NCBI GenBank assembly: GCA_964194995.1
Contig: CAXMPS010000227.1
Coordinates: 1 to 47,735, forward strand
Length of the DNA stretch: 47,735 nucleotides
Direction: 5' to 3'
Origin: an uncultured Gammaproteobacteria bacterium
Lineage (GTDB): Bacteria > Actinomycetota > Acidimicrobiia > Spongiisociales > ZC4RG35
Made by a program: the position numbers and the translations under genes. Shown piece by piece: positions 47,314 through 47,735 of this stretch. Position 1 is the first letter of the stretch; each line of letters begins with the position of its first letter. A model generated the notes under the pieces. The model was not told where the DNA came from. It did not search any database and saw only the letters and a program-made list of their open reading frames with translations.

Positions 47314-47735
<422 letters not shown>

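Overview
This is a high-GC chromosomal segment of actinobacterial type. Supporting this are mihF, gene order that closely matches my recollection of Mycobacterium and Streptomyces core blocks, and a 16S 5' region that resembles Acidimicrobiia. The class assignment comes from memory, not from a search. I count about 50 protein-coding genes, all on the + strand, tightly packed, with many 1-4 nt stop/start overlaps. In order they are: queA-tgt; yajC-secD-secF-apt-rel-MBL hydrolase-hisS-aspS-rarA; alaS-ruvX-mltG-aroE; a DUF4388/PATAN-like acidic protein and a prepilin peptidase; aroC-aroK-aroB-efp-nusB; pyrC-(41-codon ORF)-pyrD-pyrF; mihF-gmk-rpoZ-coaBC-metK-priA-def-fmt-rpe; a REC-GGDEF response regulator; ribD-ribE-ribBA-ribH; infC-rpmI-rplT-trmH-like-pheS-pheT-mpg; a short AMP-nucleosidase-like gene; and tyrS. 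After tyrS comes an rRNA operon promoter/leader and the first ~420 nt of a 16S rRNA gene that runs off the window. I saw no CRISPR array, IS element or transposase, integrase, tRNA gene, toxin-antitoxin pair or defence-type island, and no credible minus-strand gene. I therefore do not see a convincing new multi-gene system; this is core housekeeping DNA. The items worth a second look are local oddities. (1) TyrS has altered HIGH and KMSKS signatures. (2) A PATAN-like acidic protein sits beside a prepilin peptidase inside the aro cluster. (3) A REC-GGDDF regulator is translationally coupled into an rpe-rib operon that has no room for an FMN riboswitch. (4) NusB carries an IF2_N-like N-terminal extension. 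(5) A doubly ATGA-coupled 41-codon ORF sits where carAB would be expected. (6) PriA has lost its Walker A and DEEH motifs. (7) A terminator-like hairpin lies immediately upstream of a probable non-AUG infC start. (8) The rrn leader is structured, with tandem promoters.
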